A stretch of 60,707 bases of DNA, counting the filler, from Basidioascus undulatus (taxonomy: Eukaryota), in the NCBI GenBank assembly GCA_000826855.1. It is 11 parts of 11 records of this genome, joined end to end, with 100 filler letters (N's around TTAATTAATTAA, not from the genome) between each part and the next. Parts side by side here need not be neighbours in the genome. Positions count along the whole stretch, not along the records: positions 22,152 to 27,593 come from JTLS01001937.1; positions 27,694 to 33,134 come from JTLS01001938.1; positions 33,235 to 38,660 come from JTLS01001939.1; 8 more parts are not named here. The stretch is one strand, 5' to 3'. The notes below the pieces were generated by a model. It saw only the letters and a program-made list of their open reading frames with translations, was not told the DNA's origin and ran no database searches. Position numbers and translations under genes: made by a program. Positions 23,331 through 36,179 of this stretch are shown here, piece after piece. How positions within the stretch are numbered: position 1 is the first letter of the stretch; each line of letters opens with the position of its first letter.

Positions 23331-26300
23331 GTCGGGCCCTGCGGAAGAGGAAGGCGTGCGGGTTCAGCGGGCATGAAGGGGAACGGGGAACGGTCGAGGA
23401 GGAGGACGTACACCCGCTCATGAATTAGCAATGTGAAGAGATTGTTGCGGGATAGCAGGACGAACTGAACAGCGAAAGTAAAAGCTGCCCGACTCAGGCC
23501 TTTATGCTTTTCCAGCAGCACAGCTCCCTCATTGAAGATAGCAGCGCTCGTATCAATGAAAAGAACCCGACTCACAGGAACCGACATCCGAACGGCATAT
23601 GATGAGATGTGTTTGTCCTGCTGCGAGCGCGCGTGTGGCCCGGTACGGTTGCTACGGGGAGAGAAGACGAGGTACAGCCGCGGGGACTGAAACTCGGCGA
23701 TGGATGGGTCGATCGATTGGGATGCAGTCAGCCGGAGGTTTAGTGCTGTGAAAGACATACTGCGGCTGAAATGAAAGCTGAGCATGAAACGTGCGAGAGA
23801 AGCATCGAGCCGGAAGGCCGAAGAGGTGCCGGGGGGAGACTACGAGTCCCTCATTCCAACCAGCTGGGTTAGCGTTGATCAGCTAGATTCAAGATGGACC
23901 TCTGCTCGCAGCTCGCACGAAAGACGACGCTTGCAATTACGAGGAGCCGCCACTGCCAGCATGCCAGCTCAGGTCAATCTGCACGTCTCATCAATCAAGT
24001 CACTGCCCACCCCCGCTTCCCGATCAGCCCTCAGCCCTCAGCCTCGCCTCAACCCAAGACTCACATGGATCCTCCTCCCCCTCCTCACTATGCTGTTTCA
24101 CCTACAGCATGCCGATTTATGAAAAGATGAAACTGCAGGTATCCCCATTGAGGGCACCCACGCACCCCCATAACAGGCACTGTGCATGTCCTCGCGTATT
24201 CCCGTGCCCGCTGTCTTCTTTTCGAACAGCTCGTGTGTATTTATAAACCCAGGGAAAACTGGAAATCCCGGAAGCTGGAAAGTTCTTTATAATGGGAAGA
24301 AAAGGGACTTGCAGTGGGACAATATGCAGAGCATCGCCAGAATCATTGCAGCTTGCGAGACGCTTTGACATTACCCATCGTCCGGAGTTGAGCTCTCTTC
24401 GCAAAGCAACCCAGAATGAATGTGCCCATATTCCCGAAGAACACAGTGCACTGAGCCCCATTCGCCTTCAAGCCGTTCACGAGGCTGCAGGCTTCGTCGC
24501 AGTCAGACGGCTGAACGCGATGCCATGAGGGCAAGGTTATGTGATGTAGCCAGCACAGTTCCTGATGGATCTCGACCCCAACCAAAAAAAACATAAAGGA
24601 ACATAAAACTAGCAGTTCACTGGTGACAGAGGGTGGGCGGTCGCGGAGCCGACTTTCAGGCTGTGGCCCACGTCAGATCCACCAGGCTGTGCAGATGAAG
24701 CAGCCACAGCCCGCCGTTCTCCTCTTCTTCCCAGTCGATAGACCATTGAGGGCGACCGAGACCGGCTTCAAACAAGGCATCACTCCTTGGAAGCGTTCGT
24801 CTGTCCCCCAGCAGCGTTGCGTTCGGGTTGGGATCACCTCGGGCAATACCAGGCGCAGCAAGGGCTCCATGCGCCCTACTACTTCCCATGAAGAATCAGA
24901 CCGATTTACTCCGCACAGGACCCGATAAGCTTGTAGCTGCAAGCAAGAGTACTCCAACAGTCGTATTCGCCGTCCAGCCCCACGCCCCCTGCCCTATCTG
25001 ATCCTGCCCTCCAAGATTAATGTCCACTTCGGTTGCACTTCTGCAGTTGGAGTTTCTGGATATCCACTTATACGAACCACTCGCACTCCGAGAAGAGCAG
25101 CGTGCATGGTTCGCTGCCCACTGCTTCGCAGTCTTCGCAGTCGTCTGAACAACGAGCTCGTACTCAGTGCGTTCTTCAGTGCTTTACCCTCAAGTCCAAG
25201 GTCACAGCGACCAACAGAGCACTCTGAAAGTTCTGGTTTACTTTCCACATTGTCGCATGCCTTCGAGCGGCGGCGAGGTCTATTGCTTCGCAGCTGCAGT
25301 GCCGGGTGCCAGATACTTCAGGTGGATCCCATTTCCGGCCGGAAAGGGAGACTCCAGCCAGCCTATGTTAAGTTTTTCTTCTCGGTACGTCAGCGGTGCT
25401 ACAGCAAGAACTCGGTTCGCCTGCCTGGTGGTGTTCACAGAACAGCGCACAGCTGCGCCATCCTCGTTGCCCTGCCGTTGGCCTGGCAGGGTCCACCTTC
25501 ACGATTTTGTGACTCAAAGTAGGTCGTTTGTGAGTGGAGTTTACCTCTGCATGGACTGGGGCGAACGTTGAAGGTTCCAAACTTTGAAGGCGGACGGAGC
25601 TCAGACTGAGCTGGAACTTAGAGACCTGACCCTCGTAATGTTTACCTATGGAGCACCGTACAGCAACGTGTAGACTGTTAGAGGATGAGTTTCTCTTCAT
25701 ACCTGCCAATAATGACCCGCCCTTGCCGGCCCGCAAAGCATCCCACGCCCGTACGTTTGTCTTCCGGGCACTGCGCTCCCCAATCTGCGATGGCAGCGTG
25801 GATGACGCGTGCGACATCCTCCACCCCGCGCCGCGCCCCCTCGAGGTGAACGTCAGACGGGCTAGCCACCGTGGCATGGCCGTGCCCACGTTCCTCAGCA
25901 CCGTGAAGAACTGGGGCGCCCGCATTCGCACATAACTTCGACCGCGGCCTACAGCTCGCGAGCACACTTGCACTCGCACCGTGCTGGCATGCCTCACTTG
26001 AAGCGTTCGAGTGGCACGCCGGACAGCCCGGGCACGACAAGTACGTTTCTGAGTACTGGACTATAATCAAGCTTTTTCGTGCTCCTCTTGACTAACACAC
26101 AAGCCGCCACAATCAAAGCCCACCTCCGCAGCCTCCGCCTTTGCGCCCTTCACACAGCTGCGGTATCTGAAGCTCACATTCAGTACCAACATCCCCTTTT
26201 CGTGCGCAGACGACCACGCGCTTTGCGATGCCCTCATCGACTCATGACATCTCTTCGCTTCATCTGCTTGGACTATGGTCGTGTCTGTATGTCGGGCCCC

Positions 26301-27263
26301 GGCGGTGGTGGGAGCAGGGCGAGAAGGGCGCAGAAGAGGCGGTGCGCCGCGAGATAGGCAGGTTCTCGATCTTTCGGCGTGATTGATGGCAGAGTTTGTA
26401 GCGAATGTTACTTTGCTTCGCGTTATTAACGGGAGGCTTGCTCCCTTATGCGTGCCAGAGGTTCGGACTGTACAGTGCGGGACTGCAGACTGTTCACTGG
26501 ATAGCTGGATTGTCGTGTCTTCCACAGCACTTCCATGCTCATTCCAGCCGATTTATTTGTCAGTCCACCATTATTACGTTAGATATAGGCAATTTGATAA
26601 CAACACCGGCAGCACAGACGACTAGACTGTTGGAAGTGAGCAGACGAAATTATGCGCTGGGTGGTCGTGCACTGTGAATTGCGGTGTTGCCCTTCCGTTT
26701 ATATATACGCGTCATCACTAGGGCAAGTCTATAAAGCCTGGCTGAAATAGAGTACTGCCCTAAGTTGTCCTTGAGTTTCTTAGATCAACAACGAGAAGCT
26801 GGTTTGACTCGAAGAAAAGCAGACGCCGGGACAGTCGCCTGCTCGGCCTGCAAGGCGTCGCATTCGAACATCCAGAGGACCAAGACACACAACTATTGGA
26901 TTTATTCCCCCCCGCTTTTCTTTTATGAAGGGTGTCTCATGCACGCTTGCGATGGGGCACTGATCGTACACTGAGCGACGGTAGAGAGCCGCAACACGGC
27001 TGGAATGCATCTGGCTTATGGGAAGCACACCTGGGTCAGCGGTAAGCATTGAAATTTTCGGCAGCCTAATTCCCTCCTTATACAAGGTGAACGGCCAAGT
27101 GTCAAAGGAAGTGAGGTACAGCGAAGGGGAAGGGGCGAAGGGGGCCAGTTGCTGAGGTCGGATGCAAACCCCTGGCTTTCGCGAGCAAGCGAGAAGACCG
27201 CCCTCGCTTGCCCTCTTGCCTCCCACCACCTCATCCTCACCCTCATAACCCAAACCGCCCCCA

Positions 27264-27593
27264 ATGTCATTCGGCCGTCCCCCAACATTTAACGTCTTCT
27301 CCCCCACGCCCCCCGCGCGCGGCTCCTTCCCGCTCGACCACGATGGTTCGTCCCCCTCTCCCTGTCCTCGCCTCTCCCTCGTCCCCATTCCTGTCCCTCG
27401 TCCCTCTTCCTCTTCCTGCTTCCCCCTCCATCCTTCCAACGACGCCTGACGCTCCATACGCCAGGCGACTGCACCGCCCCCATGCGCCTCTACCTCGCAT
27501 GCCTGAAGGAGCACAAGAACAACAATGGCGCGTGCCGCGAACTGAGCAAGGCGTATTTGCAGTGCCGGATGGACAAGTGCGTTTCTCCCCCCC
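27264..27593 (+). CDS. COX19: Cytochrome c oxidase assembly protein Cox19 (twin CX9C), 3' truncated
   Basis: MSFGRPP...PTPPARGSFPLDHD|GDCTAPMRLYLACLKEHKNNNGACRELSKAYLQCRMD. Intron 27346-27464; a second donor at 27577. Confidence 0.95.
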
Positions 27594-27693
27594 NNNNNNN
27601 NNNNNNNNNNNNNNNNNNNNNNNNNNNNNNNNNNNNNTTAATTAATTAANNNNNNNNNNNNNNNNNNNNNNNNNNNNNNNNNNNNNNNNNNNN
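27594..27693. other. Artificial contig-joining spacer
   Basis: N44-TTAATTAATTAA-N44. Confidence 0.98.
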
Positions 27694-27794
27694 ACAACGC
27701 ACCCTCTACTCCCACACTGCATCCCCCTCCTCCCCATCCCTGCTCCCTTCTCCTTCTCTTTTTACCACGAAGCTCACGCCCGCTCCGGACGCAG

Positions 27795-28632
27795 AACGCC
27801 GACCTCACGACTTGTGCGTTTCCGAAGCGGCGAAGGGGGAGGGAGTAGGAAGCTGATCTGCGGATGGGGGCCGGGTGGGGCAGTCGTCTGCGTGTGCATC
27901 GCCGAATTCTTGTCCATTTACGAGACGGAGCGGCTCATCCAGGAGCTCACGTCGTAGTGCGTCGCCCCTTTCCTCGGTTCCCTCTCCTTCTCTCTTCTCT
28001 TCACCATTTTGAACCCCCGCACCGCTCTGATCTGACACTCCCGGTCCGGTACAGCGAGATCGACACGCGCAACATCATCATCAACAACCTGCTCATGCTT
28101 CCCGAAGGTTCGTTCCCCCTCCCTTCTTCCCCTCTCCTCCTTCCCTCTTTCCCCTTCTCCCTCCTTCCGTCCGAACATACGCCCATTCCGGTCGCCCCCA
28201 GATGACTCCGGCAAGCCCATCTCCAACTGCAACCGGTGCCTCGCGCGCGACGCGACGCAGAAAAAGTACCTCCAGGAGGCGGAGGATCTGTATGGGGAGG
28301 ACTTTCACCTCGTCAAGGTGCGCTTTTCTCCCACTCCGTCTCTCTAGTCCCTTCGTTGGGAGGCTGGGTGGCAAAAAGGTGGAGAGCGAGCAGCGCGCTG
28401 ATATGGAGTGGGGAGTACCGCAGATCCCGCTCTTGCTTTCTGAACCGCGCGGGGTTGAGAGTCTCAAGAAGTTCGGGAAGAGTGCGTGCGGGTCCTTCTG
28501 CTTGGGCGGAGGTGGTTGAATGGGGAAGAAGAAGAGAAGGGCCTGCGCTGACGGCCGTGGGGGGGTTGGCGTCGGGTAGTGCTGCTCGAGCCTTATGTGC
28601 CGCCTGAGAATGAGGGTGGGGAGAAGGCATGA
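27795..28632 (+). CDS. GET3: Tail-anchored protein insertion ATPase Get3/ASNA1, C-terminal exons
   Basis: Spliced [40 protein letters not shown]...CNRC...[45 protein letters not shown]...*. Confidence 0.95.
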
Positions 28633-29404
28633 GCTGCAGCGGTGGGCAGCGATGAGGAGAGGGAAGGCAGGATGATCCATGGTTATTTGAGGGCATGGCG
28701 GCGTGCGATATGCGGAGTGCGCGGTCGGTCGGGGGATTGGGCGGACGGCGATGTACTATCAAGGAATGGTTCGGTGGGCAGGGGTGTGGAACGTTTGAAG
28801 GTGAGGAGGGCGAGGAGCGGAGGGGTGAAAGCAGAGAATAGGCAAGCGAAGAGAACAAGCAAGCTTCGGTCATGAGGCGTGCGAGGCCGGAGAGACGGCT
28901 AGGAAGAGTAGGAGGAGGGAGCACTCATACCCGGTTCTCGGCGTTTGGGAGGTCGCAACTACTTTCACCGGTTTGAACCGAGACAAGAAAGCCTCACAGC
29001 AATAGGGAAAAATGCGTCCGTCAAGGCTCGAAAATGATTGCGCTCGGCAGATCGTCCGAAGAGGAAGCGGTGCGATCCCCGAAGTCCCCAGGGGATACAA
29101 CAGGCGTATTGAGTTGCTGGCTGTGGCTTTCAAGGGCCACAGTCCAATTTGAAGCTTCGGCATCAGATATCCGAGCGCCTCCCTGAAACTCAGTGCTAGA
29201 CGGACAAGAAGAATCGAACTTGCCGTGAATCAGTATCGAGCCCTGGAGCGCACAGGCGGCGACAGGCTGCAGGTCAAGAATTAGGCGAAAGCCGCCGAGC
29301 ACGACTGAGACGTCGACAGGGGTTCGCCAGCGACCATCACCATCTCCTCCACTCTCGTCTGCGCTTCAACATTGAGGCTCTACCGGGACCAGCATGATCT
29401 TCTT

Positions 29405-29486
29405 ATCGACCAGCTCTTCATGCTCTTCCTTCGAATCGACCAGCTCTTCATGATCTTCTTTCGAATCCTCCAGCTCTACATGACCT
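29405..29486. repeat. 30-nt tandem repeat, ~2.7 copies
   Basis: ATCGACCAGCTCTTCATG(c/a)TCTT(cc/ct)TTCGA-type units start at 29405 and 29435, with a degenerate third copy at 29465. Confidence 0.85.
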
Positions 29487-29927
29487 ATTCTGCGGCCCGG
29501 GATGCCTGTTCGCCACTTCTGGCAGGCTTTTGCCAACGCGGACTCAGGATTTGGGAGCGTTGTAAGGAGCTGACCCATGGTACTTGGGCCTTGATCACTG
29601 AAGTGTGTTTCAACTGGGTCGTCGGATTTGTTCGTAAGTCGTCAATGGGGCTCTCTGGGAAGAGCAGTTGAACGTTCTCATTGTGTACCAAGGCAGTCCT
29701 GCGATCGGCCCCGGCCCAGCCGCTTCTCAAGCCGACGGGAAGGGCAGTCAAGGTGCGCAGACTCACGACCATGGGCGTTATATCACGAAGTTGACTCAGG
29801 AGCAACAGGCTCCGAAACTGCTCCGGCGGGCGATGCATGCTTTGCGGCCGAAGCCACCTGGATTCGTTCCCAATCGCGAGCTGGTGCGTCAGCAACTTTC
29901 CAAGATGCACCGAGACGACATAAAAGA

Positions 29928-30873
29928 ATGCTGAACCTCTGTTCCCTTGCCACTCAGCCCGCAGGGATACTCCCCTGCGACGTTCTCGTCGTCATCTTCG
30001 AATTCCTCTTCGCGCCGCCTCCTCTCGGCTCCGTTGACCGGCCGGTCTCGCTTCGTCCGCTACTCTGTGCCGAGCGTGGTATCGCTTGGGCACACGCGTC
30101 GCGTACTCTGGCTGCGCACTCACTCACTCGCGCCAGTACTCGTGTTTCGCGTCGGCCCTCTACGAAGCCCGTTCTTCAGCCTCACCCTCGATAGTCTCGT
30201 CCTCGTCTGCCGCGAGTTGACCTTTCCGCCGGAGCTCGCATACCTCCTGCAAGCGGCCGCACCTTGCGCGTCCTCGAGCTCCAGCTTCACGACATCGAGC
30301 GCCTCGACCGCAGATCTCGGTCGCACGACGCTCTGACGATGATGACGGGCCTAGGCGGCTTGCAGCTTCGATCTGCGGAGGTCAAACACTGCTGGCACAG
30401 CATCCCCGACCTCTTGAGGCGTTCCGGAATTCAGAGGTGCATCGTCGCCGCCACCGACAGCGGGTACGGCTTGGATCACTTAGTGAAGAACCTTGAGGAT
30501 TCTCCCGATCTGAAGTCCTTTTGCATTCGATTGCTGCCCGGCCAGACGCTCATGAGCACTCGCTGGATGGAAGACGTTGCTGGTTGCTGGCCGTGGATGC
30601 TTGCTTTGGCTCATGCGCACACCGCTCTTGACTGTCGACGTCGCTTGCCTCGAGGACTACCAAGCGCTGGTCGAACGCCGGGGCCGGCATTTTGATCTTC
30701 CGGACACAACCCAGGGTCGCGGCTTTCGCATCCGCCTGGTCGACGCGGGCGTGACAGGCGACGAGCGCTTGCGTACGGAGCGCGACATGCGGGATACGAT
30801 GGTGCTGGCGGATTGGGAGGAAGGTGCGCTTTCTCTTCGCAATTACGCTCGCAGCCCAACTTGCACAGCCTGA
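29928..30873 (+). pseudogene. F-box-like family gene, copy A (frameshifted)
   Basis: ILPCDVLVVIFEFLF...PVSLRPLL/VCRAWYRLGTRVAY; several frame changes; paralogous to 32160-33104. Confidence 0.7.
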
Positions 30874-32159
30874 CCCCCGGGACTGTTCACTTCGCGCAGT
30901 CGATAAATGAAAGTGTAGGGGCCTGCGCATTTCATCACCGCGCTTCTCTTTACACACACACCTCTCCTACACATCCAAATTCTTGTTTTGTTGCACCCTG
31001 CATCTAATGTCCACTTCACGGCGCACGCCCACCCTGTCCCTGCACTCGTCCATACCCACCGGTGACCTTCTCTCTGGCAGCTCTCGTCTCGCGCTTCTCG
31101 TCTCTTTTCTCATCTGAGGAGTGCATTTAGCTTGGAGTTTTCTGGATTCACATTGCATTTCTTCGTAGAGCTTGAGTTCGAGAAGTCTCGACGGCTGGTG
31201 CTGGGCAGCTGCCCCGGAAGATGGACAGTTGTGCAGTATTTTTGAAATTTAGCGCACTGGACCCGGTTGAAAACTCGCCAGTTATTGCTCCCTTTCTACT
31301 CATGCATCACGTCTACCTCAATTGCGTTTCAGTCCTTCCTTTAGTATTTGCATTGCGCAAACGGGTGAATGTCCCGTAAGTGATTGTTGGTGCCGGCTTC
31401 TTAATTCTTAACATCCGATCCTCCAAGCCGATTACAATCGAAACGTATGAAACTCATGGGCGCAAATGGGCTGATGGGGTATTCCAAAGTATTTAATTCT
31501 TTAGCACGAGTGTGCAGACGGGCAGTGGGCCCCATGCGTACTCCTCGGAGCTTGGAGGAGGTTGTCTTTCCACCACCACCATCTCCTCTCCTTTCAACCG
31601 TCGCGCTTCGTTCAAACACACAACCCTATATGATGGTCCCGAGATGCCTTCGGCTTTTTAAGCTCTTCCTGACCATTGTGTCACTCTGGGTCACCTCTCG
31701 GATTTTCTAGCGGGCTGCCGTCGACGCGCATTTGTACGTGCATCAACGTTACGAGCACCTCTGGGCCGGATTGGGTACCCTGCATTTCGGAGCGTTGTCG
31801 AACTTTGTGGCGCATAACTCGAGTGAGCCCTCCATCAGCCTCTCTGAGGGATACCTTCCTACCATAGCGCTTGCCTTGACTCATGGGGGAGCCTGACAGG
31901 ACCGCACCCAAACCCGCCGCTCCTCAGGATGGGCGTGCTGCAGCGAACCTGAAAATGGGGCAAGGTACGCACACGTACAGACAGTAAATAAAACTCGGGA
32001 CACTCATGCAACCGCTCGATAGGCTTGGAACCTGCTCCGAACGGGTGCTCCTTTCTTTGCGGCGGAAGCACCTGGTCTGAGCTGGTGGTACGTCTTCAGC
32101 TTCCCATGATGCCCACCTAGGTACAAGGAGCTGACCCCGTGTTAATTTTTTAATAACTC

Positions 32160-33104
32160 AGCTGGGAGGAATCCTTCCCTACGATATAGCATCGTCTTCG
32201 GCACCCTCTTCGCGCTGCCCCCCACCGGTTCTGTTGACCGACCGGTCTCGCTTTGCCCCCTCCTCGTCTGCCGAGCGTGATATCGCTTGGGAATAGGGGT
32301 CGCTTATTCTCGATGCGCACTCACACACTCGCGCCAATACTCGGGTTTCTCGTCTGCGCTCTGTCGAAACCCCTACCTGCTCAGTCTCACCCTCGATCGC
32401 CTCGTCCTTGCCTGTGAGTCGACCTTCCTTCCCGAGCTCGCGTACCTCCTCCAAGCCGCCGCGCCTCTTCGTATCCCCGAGCTTCAGCTCAGAGCATTTA
32501 GTTCCCTGATTTTATCTCTACGCGGTGGTCCGACAACCTCGCGCAGCTGACAGGCCTAGGCCGCCTGCAGCTTCGGTCTGCACAAGTCAATCACTGCTGC
32601 TCCACACTCCCTGACATCTTGTGGTACTCCGGAATCCAGTAGTGCATCGTCGCTGCCGTCGACGGCGATTGGGGCTTGGAGCGCCTGGTGGAGGGTCTGC
32701 GGAAAGCTCCTGGTCTCGCATCCCTTTCCGTCCGACTGCTGCCCGGACAGACGCTCGTGAGCACTAGATGAATGGTGAAAGTTGAGGGCTGTGGTTGCTT
32801 GCTCTGGCTCATGTTCAGACCGTTCTTGACTGTCGACGTTGCGTGCCTGGAGGACTTCAAGGCGCTGGTGCAACGTGGAGGCCGCCACCGTCTCCTTGCG
32901 ACGATGACCCAGCGTCGTGGCTTCCGCATTGGCCTCGCCGACACAAGTGTGACAGGCGACGAGCGCTTGCGCATCGAGCGCAACACACGAGAGAGGATGA
33001 TGGTGCGGGCGGGCTGGGAGGAAGGTGCGTGCTTGACGGACGACCGGAAGTCGTCGAGAAAGCCCCTCATATTGTTCGTAGCTTACATCCTCCTGTCCAC
33101 TTGA
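32160..33104 (+). pseudogene. F-box-like family gene, copy B (frameshifts and stops)
   Basis: GILPYDI...PVSLCPLLVCRA*YRLG. Shares LTVDVACLED..ALV.R.GRH and RGFRI.L.D..VTGDERLR.ER with copy A. Confidence 0.7.
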
Positions 33105-33134
33105 CCAAACAGTGTCCCTGTTCGTGTGGCAGTG

Positions 33135-33234
33135 NNNNNNNNNNNNNNNNNNNNNNNNNNNNNNNNNNNNNNNNNNNNTTAATTAATTAANNNNNNNNNN
33201 NNNNNNNNNNNNNNNNNNNNNNNNNNNNNNNNNN
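33135..33234. other. Artificial contig-joining spacer
   Basis: N44-TTAATTAATTAA-N44. Confidence 0.98.
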
Positions 33235-34230
33235 CTGAGGAGACCGTTGCGCCTGCGGAACAGGAGCCGGCGAGCTTGCAGGAGGGGAAGAAGGAGCTGA
33301 GGGGTGAGTAGTAAGAGGACCTTTTGGAGTATGGGTAGTCGCTGTCGCTCACGGAGCTTTGCAGGGCACGCAGTCTAGCCAATCTTCTGAGCACGCGCTC
33401 TACATGCATTGCAAACAACGACGCATTCACAGGCCTCGCCCCGTCCTTCAAGCCTTCACGCCCCTGCCCGCCTTTCCCGCACTCCCTCCAGCGCCTCAGC
33501 AGCGCCGTGACCCTCTCGTCCACGCGCCGCCGCGTGCTCTCCCACGCCCGCTCATTCGCCTCCTTCTCCGCGCCCGCCTCCCACTCGCTCCCCCAGCCCT
33601 GCATGATCTCCGGGCACCGGAGCCTGTGCAGCTCAGCGTCGCGCTCGACTGCGAGGATCGCATCGTACTCGGCTTGGAGGGAGCGGCGCGCTGCGTGGCT
33701 GTTTGTTGGGATTGATAGGGCGAGAAGGGAAAGTCGGATCATAGTTCTTGATTTCGATGGAAATCGAACCCAGCGAGGAAGAGGTGTTCCAGGAGGGAGA
33801 GACGACCTCGCTGAGCGGGATGCCAGCCCGGCGCTCGTGGTAGCTCGCACACGCGTCGTTGCCGGTGTGTCGCTGTCCATATAACGGTCTGTCAGCTCAG
33901 ATCAAAGGGCCGCTCACGTAAACGAGATAGTGCCTCTGGACGATCTCGTTGACGACGGTGATGCGGGATGGAGGGGAACGCAGCGCACGCGGCGAGCATG
34001 ACCTGCCGAGACACCTTGCCCTGCGCAGCGTCGAGTTCGGTCTGCGCGGACTCCTTGGAATAGGCGCGTGCAGCGCTGGTAGTTTGCTTCTGTTAACGGC
34101 GTCGTTCAGCCGGAGTTCGGGGCGCAAAATGGCACGAACGCGTGAAGTACCTTTCGGCGGCAGCAGCGCGCTTCTCCGGCCGTTCCTTGCGCTGCCGCCC
34201 GAGCTCGGCGATCTTCAGATGGAGACATAA
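33235..34230 (-). pseudogene. Hypothetical intron-containing gene, probably frameshifted
   Basis: Exon-like helical segments (LAACAAFPSIP/ITVVNEIVQRHYL; SLQAEYDAILAVERDAEL...EKEANERAWE) are bounded by GT-AG sites, but their frames are inconsistent. Confidence 0.35.
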
Positions 34231-34699
34231 GGCTCGGTGCGCTTCCCACAACCGGACGAACGAACTGCTCCTAGATTTCAGTCCGAATGTGCAGCCCGGT
34301 CCTCTTCGGCGGGTACGCTCGACCTCCCCTGCCGTAATTGTTCCTCCATTCCTGCGCTCAGGCTCTCAGCGACGTACCAAGCAGAGCCATACCATATTGC
34401 TCACATGACCTCGATCACCTCGTAGCCCGCCTCGGTCGAGAGTACTCTGGCTCGGAAGCTACCTCCCGTCGCCAGCCCCTTGTGAGTACCAACACAAAAG
34501 GGCCCTGCGATGATGCGTACGCGATGAACCGGTTCTCGCTCGGCAGAAATGTGTGGCCCTCCGGGAGAACTGCGGAGAAGCTCTTGGCCGGATATTCGTC
34601 CTATGTTCACCATCATGAGCCACCGCGACGCAACACTATAAGGTGAAGGTCACTCACAGAGGTCTTCGTCGTGCGAAGTGCAGGCATGACTGTGAGGGC

Positions 34700-35800
34700 T
34701 TCGGCTGGTTGAGTGGCAAGCTTAAAGAGGGGATGGGTGAAAAGACGCTGCGGAGCAGGTGAGAGCTTTTCAATGGCAATGCGAGCGAGGCCGAAGACGA
34801 GCTGGAAGTTGAAGCGGTCGTCTCAGGCTGGTGGGTCGGTCTGGTACACCCACTCCACCCCCTGCAGCTGGCGGTCAGTTAGCGTAGGGAAACGCCACTC
34901 CACTTACGAATCTGTCAAATAACGCAATGGACAACTATCATGGTTCTTGACCCAGTTCTGACCGGTTGCTCGAGCTTTTATGAAGTTGTTGGCAAAGCGA
35001 AGTGTTGCAGCTGCACTTCGTCAATGCTCGCACTTATGGTCCGCTTGTGGATCATATTGACTTCAGGTTATACTATAATAGTAACTGTAAGGTTGAATGA
35101 ATACCCTTTAGTTCTGGTGCGATTTGGCTCCCTTCACATATGCAGGCGTACGAGGTGGGCTGGCCCGCGGTCACCACGCGAATCCGATAAGCAATCCCTC
35201 GAACTTTGCTGTGGACCAGAATCGTCTCGGGCGATGGCTGCCGGTGGCGGACAAGTAAACGTAGGGACTCCGGTATTAAACGATCGGTGTCGATGTCGGT
35301 CAAAAAATTCATCTCGACAAGCGAAGGTAGCAGTGCCTCTGCAAGTTCGGCGAGGCGTTCTTGTTCGGAGAAAAGATGGAGGTTGAGGCACTCTTTGGAC
35401 ACAGAGAGATCACAAGTGGAAGACATGATATGTCCAATTGATAATCCTCGAAGCTGAGAAGCTCCGGACCATAACGTGTGAAGAACTGGCGCAGGGCGTG
35501 TTCAAGTACGCTCACTGAGGGCTGGGAAGCTGCGTTGTGCTAGGAATTACACCACCCCTTGATTATCACACCCTGACCTGCCGTTGAAATGCAAGACTGA
35601 AAGCTTCGGCAACTCGAAGGATTCAGTGCTGGCGAGTGACGGCTCCACTTCGTCGAAACGGCAAATGCGCAACTCTCGAAGCTTGATGAACCGACGTAGA
35701 AGCGTCAAAGTTTCAGTGATCGGTTTATCAACCTATATGACGAGTTCAGTCAGAGTGTGGCTGCTCAAGGTCCCACCGCTGAGAAATTGAGGTCGACCAC
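34700..35800 (-). pseudogene. F-box/RNI-like (LRR) gene remnant
   Basis: LTELVI*VD..LLRRFIKLRELRI...FELPKLSVLHF and FFTRYGPELLSF, with an in-frame TAG at 35735-35733 and frame breaks. Confidence 0.5.
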
Positions 35801-36179
35801 TTTGAGGTGACTGGTGAACGAGAGTACGAAAGGCAGTGAGGTCTGATTATATTGTCGACTGTGGATTATCAAGCTGAGATATCGAGTATGCATGAGCGGC
35901 CGGCGCTGGGCAAGGTCCAGCGAGACGAGTGTCCGAGCAAGACGATCGAACGCTGATCCGATCTCTATGGTCCGGTAACGATGTAGTTCGAATATGGATG
36001 TGGGGGAGCATTAGCATTGCCATGCTGCTGTACGGACCTCCATACGCACGCTGGCGGCAGCATAATCCTCACCCAGCACAAACGACAAGCGGAGGCAATG
36101 GTATATGGGTAGAATAAAGCAAAAGGGCAGTGGAACAAGCACCATGGACGCAAAAGCACTCCCGACAACCCCTCTACCC

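Noticed and set aside
35100..35230. SWIM zinc finger / MULE transposase (YRIRV...YACIC)
   Set aside because: No downstream CxH ligands or DDE domain; the flanks read as an RNI-like gene remnant.
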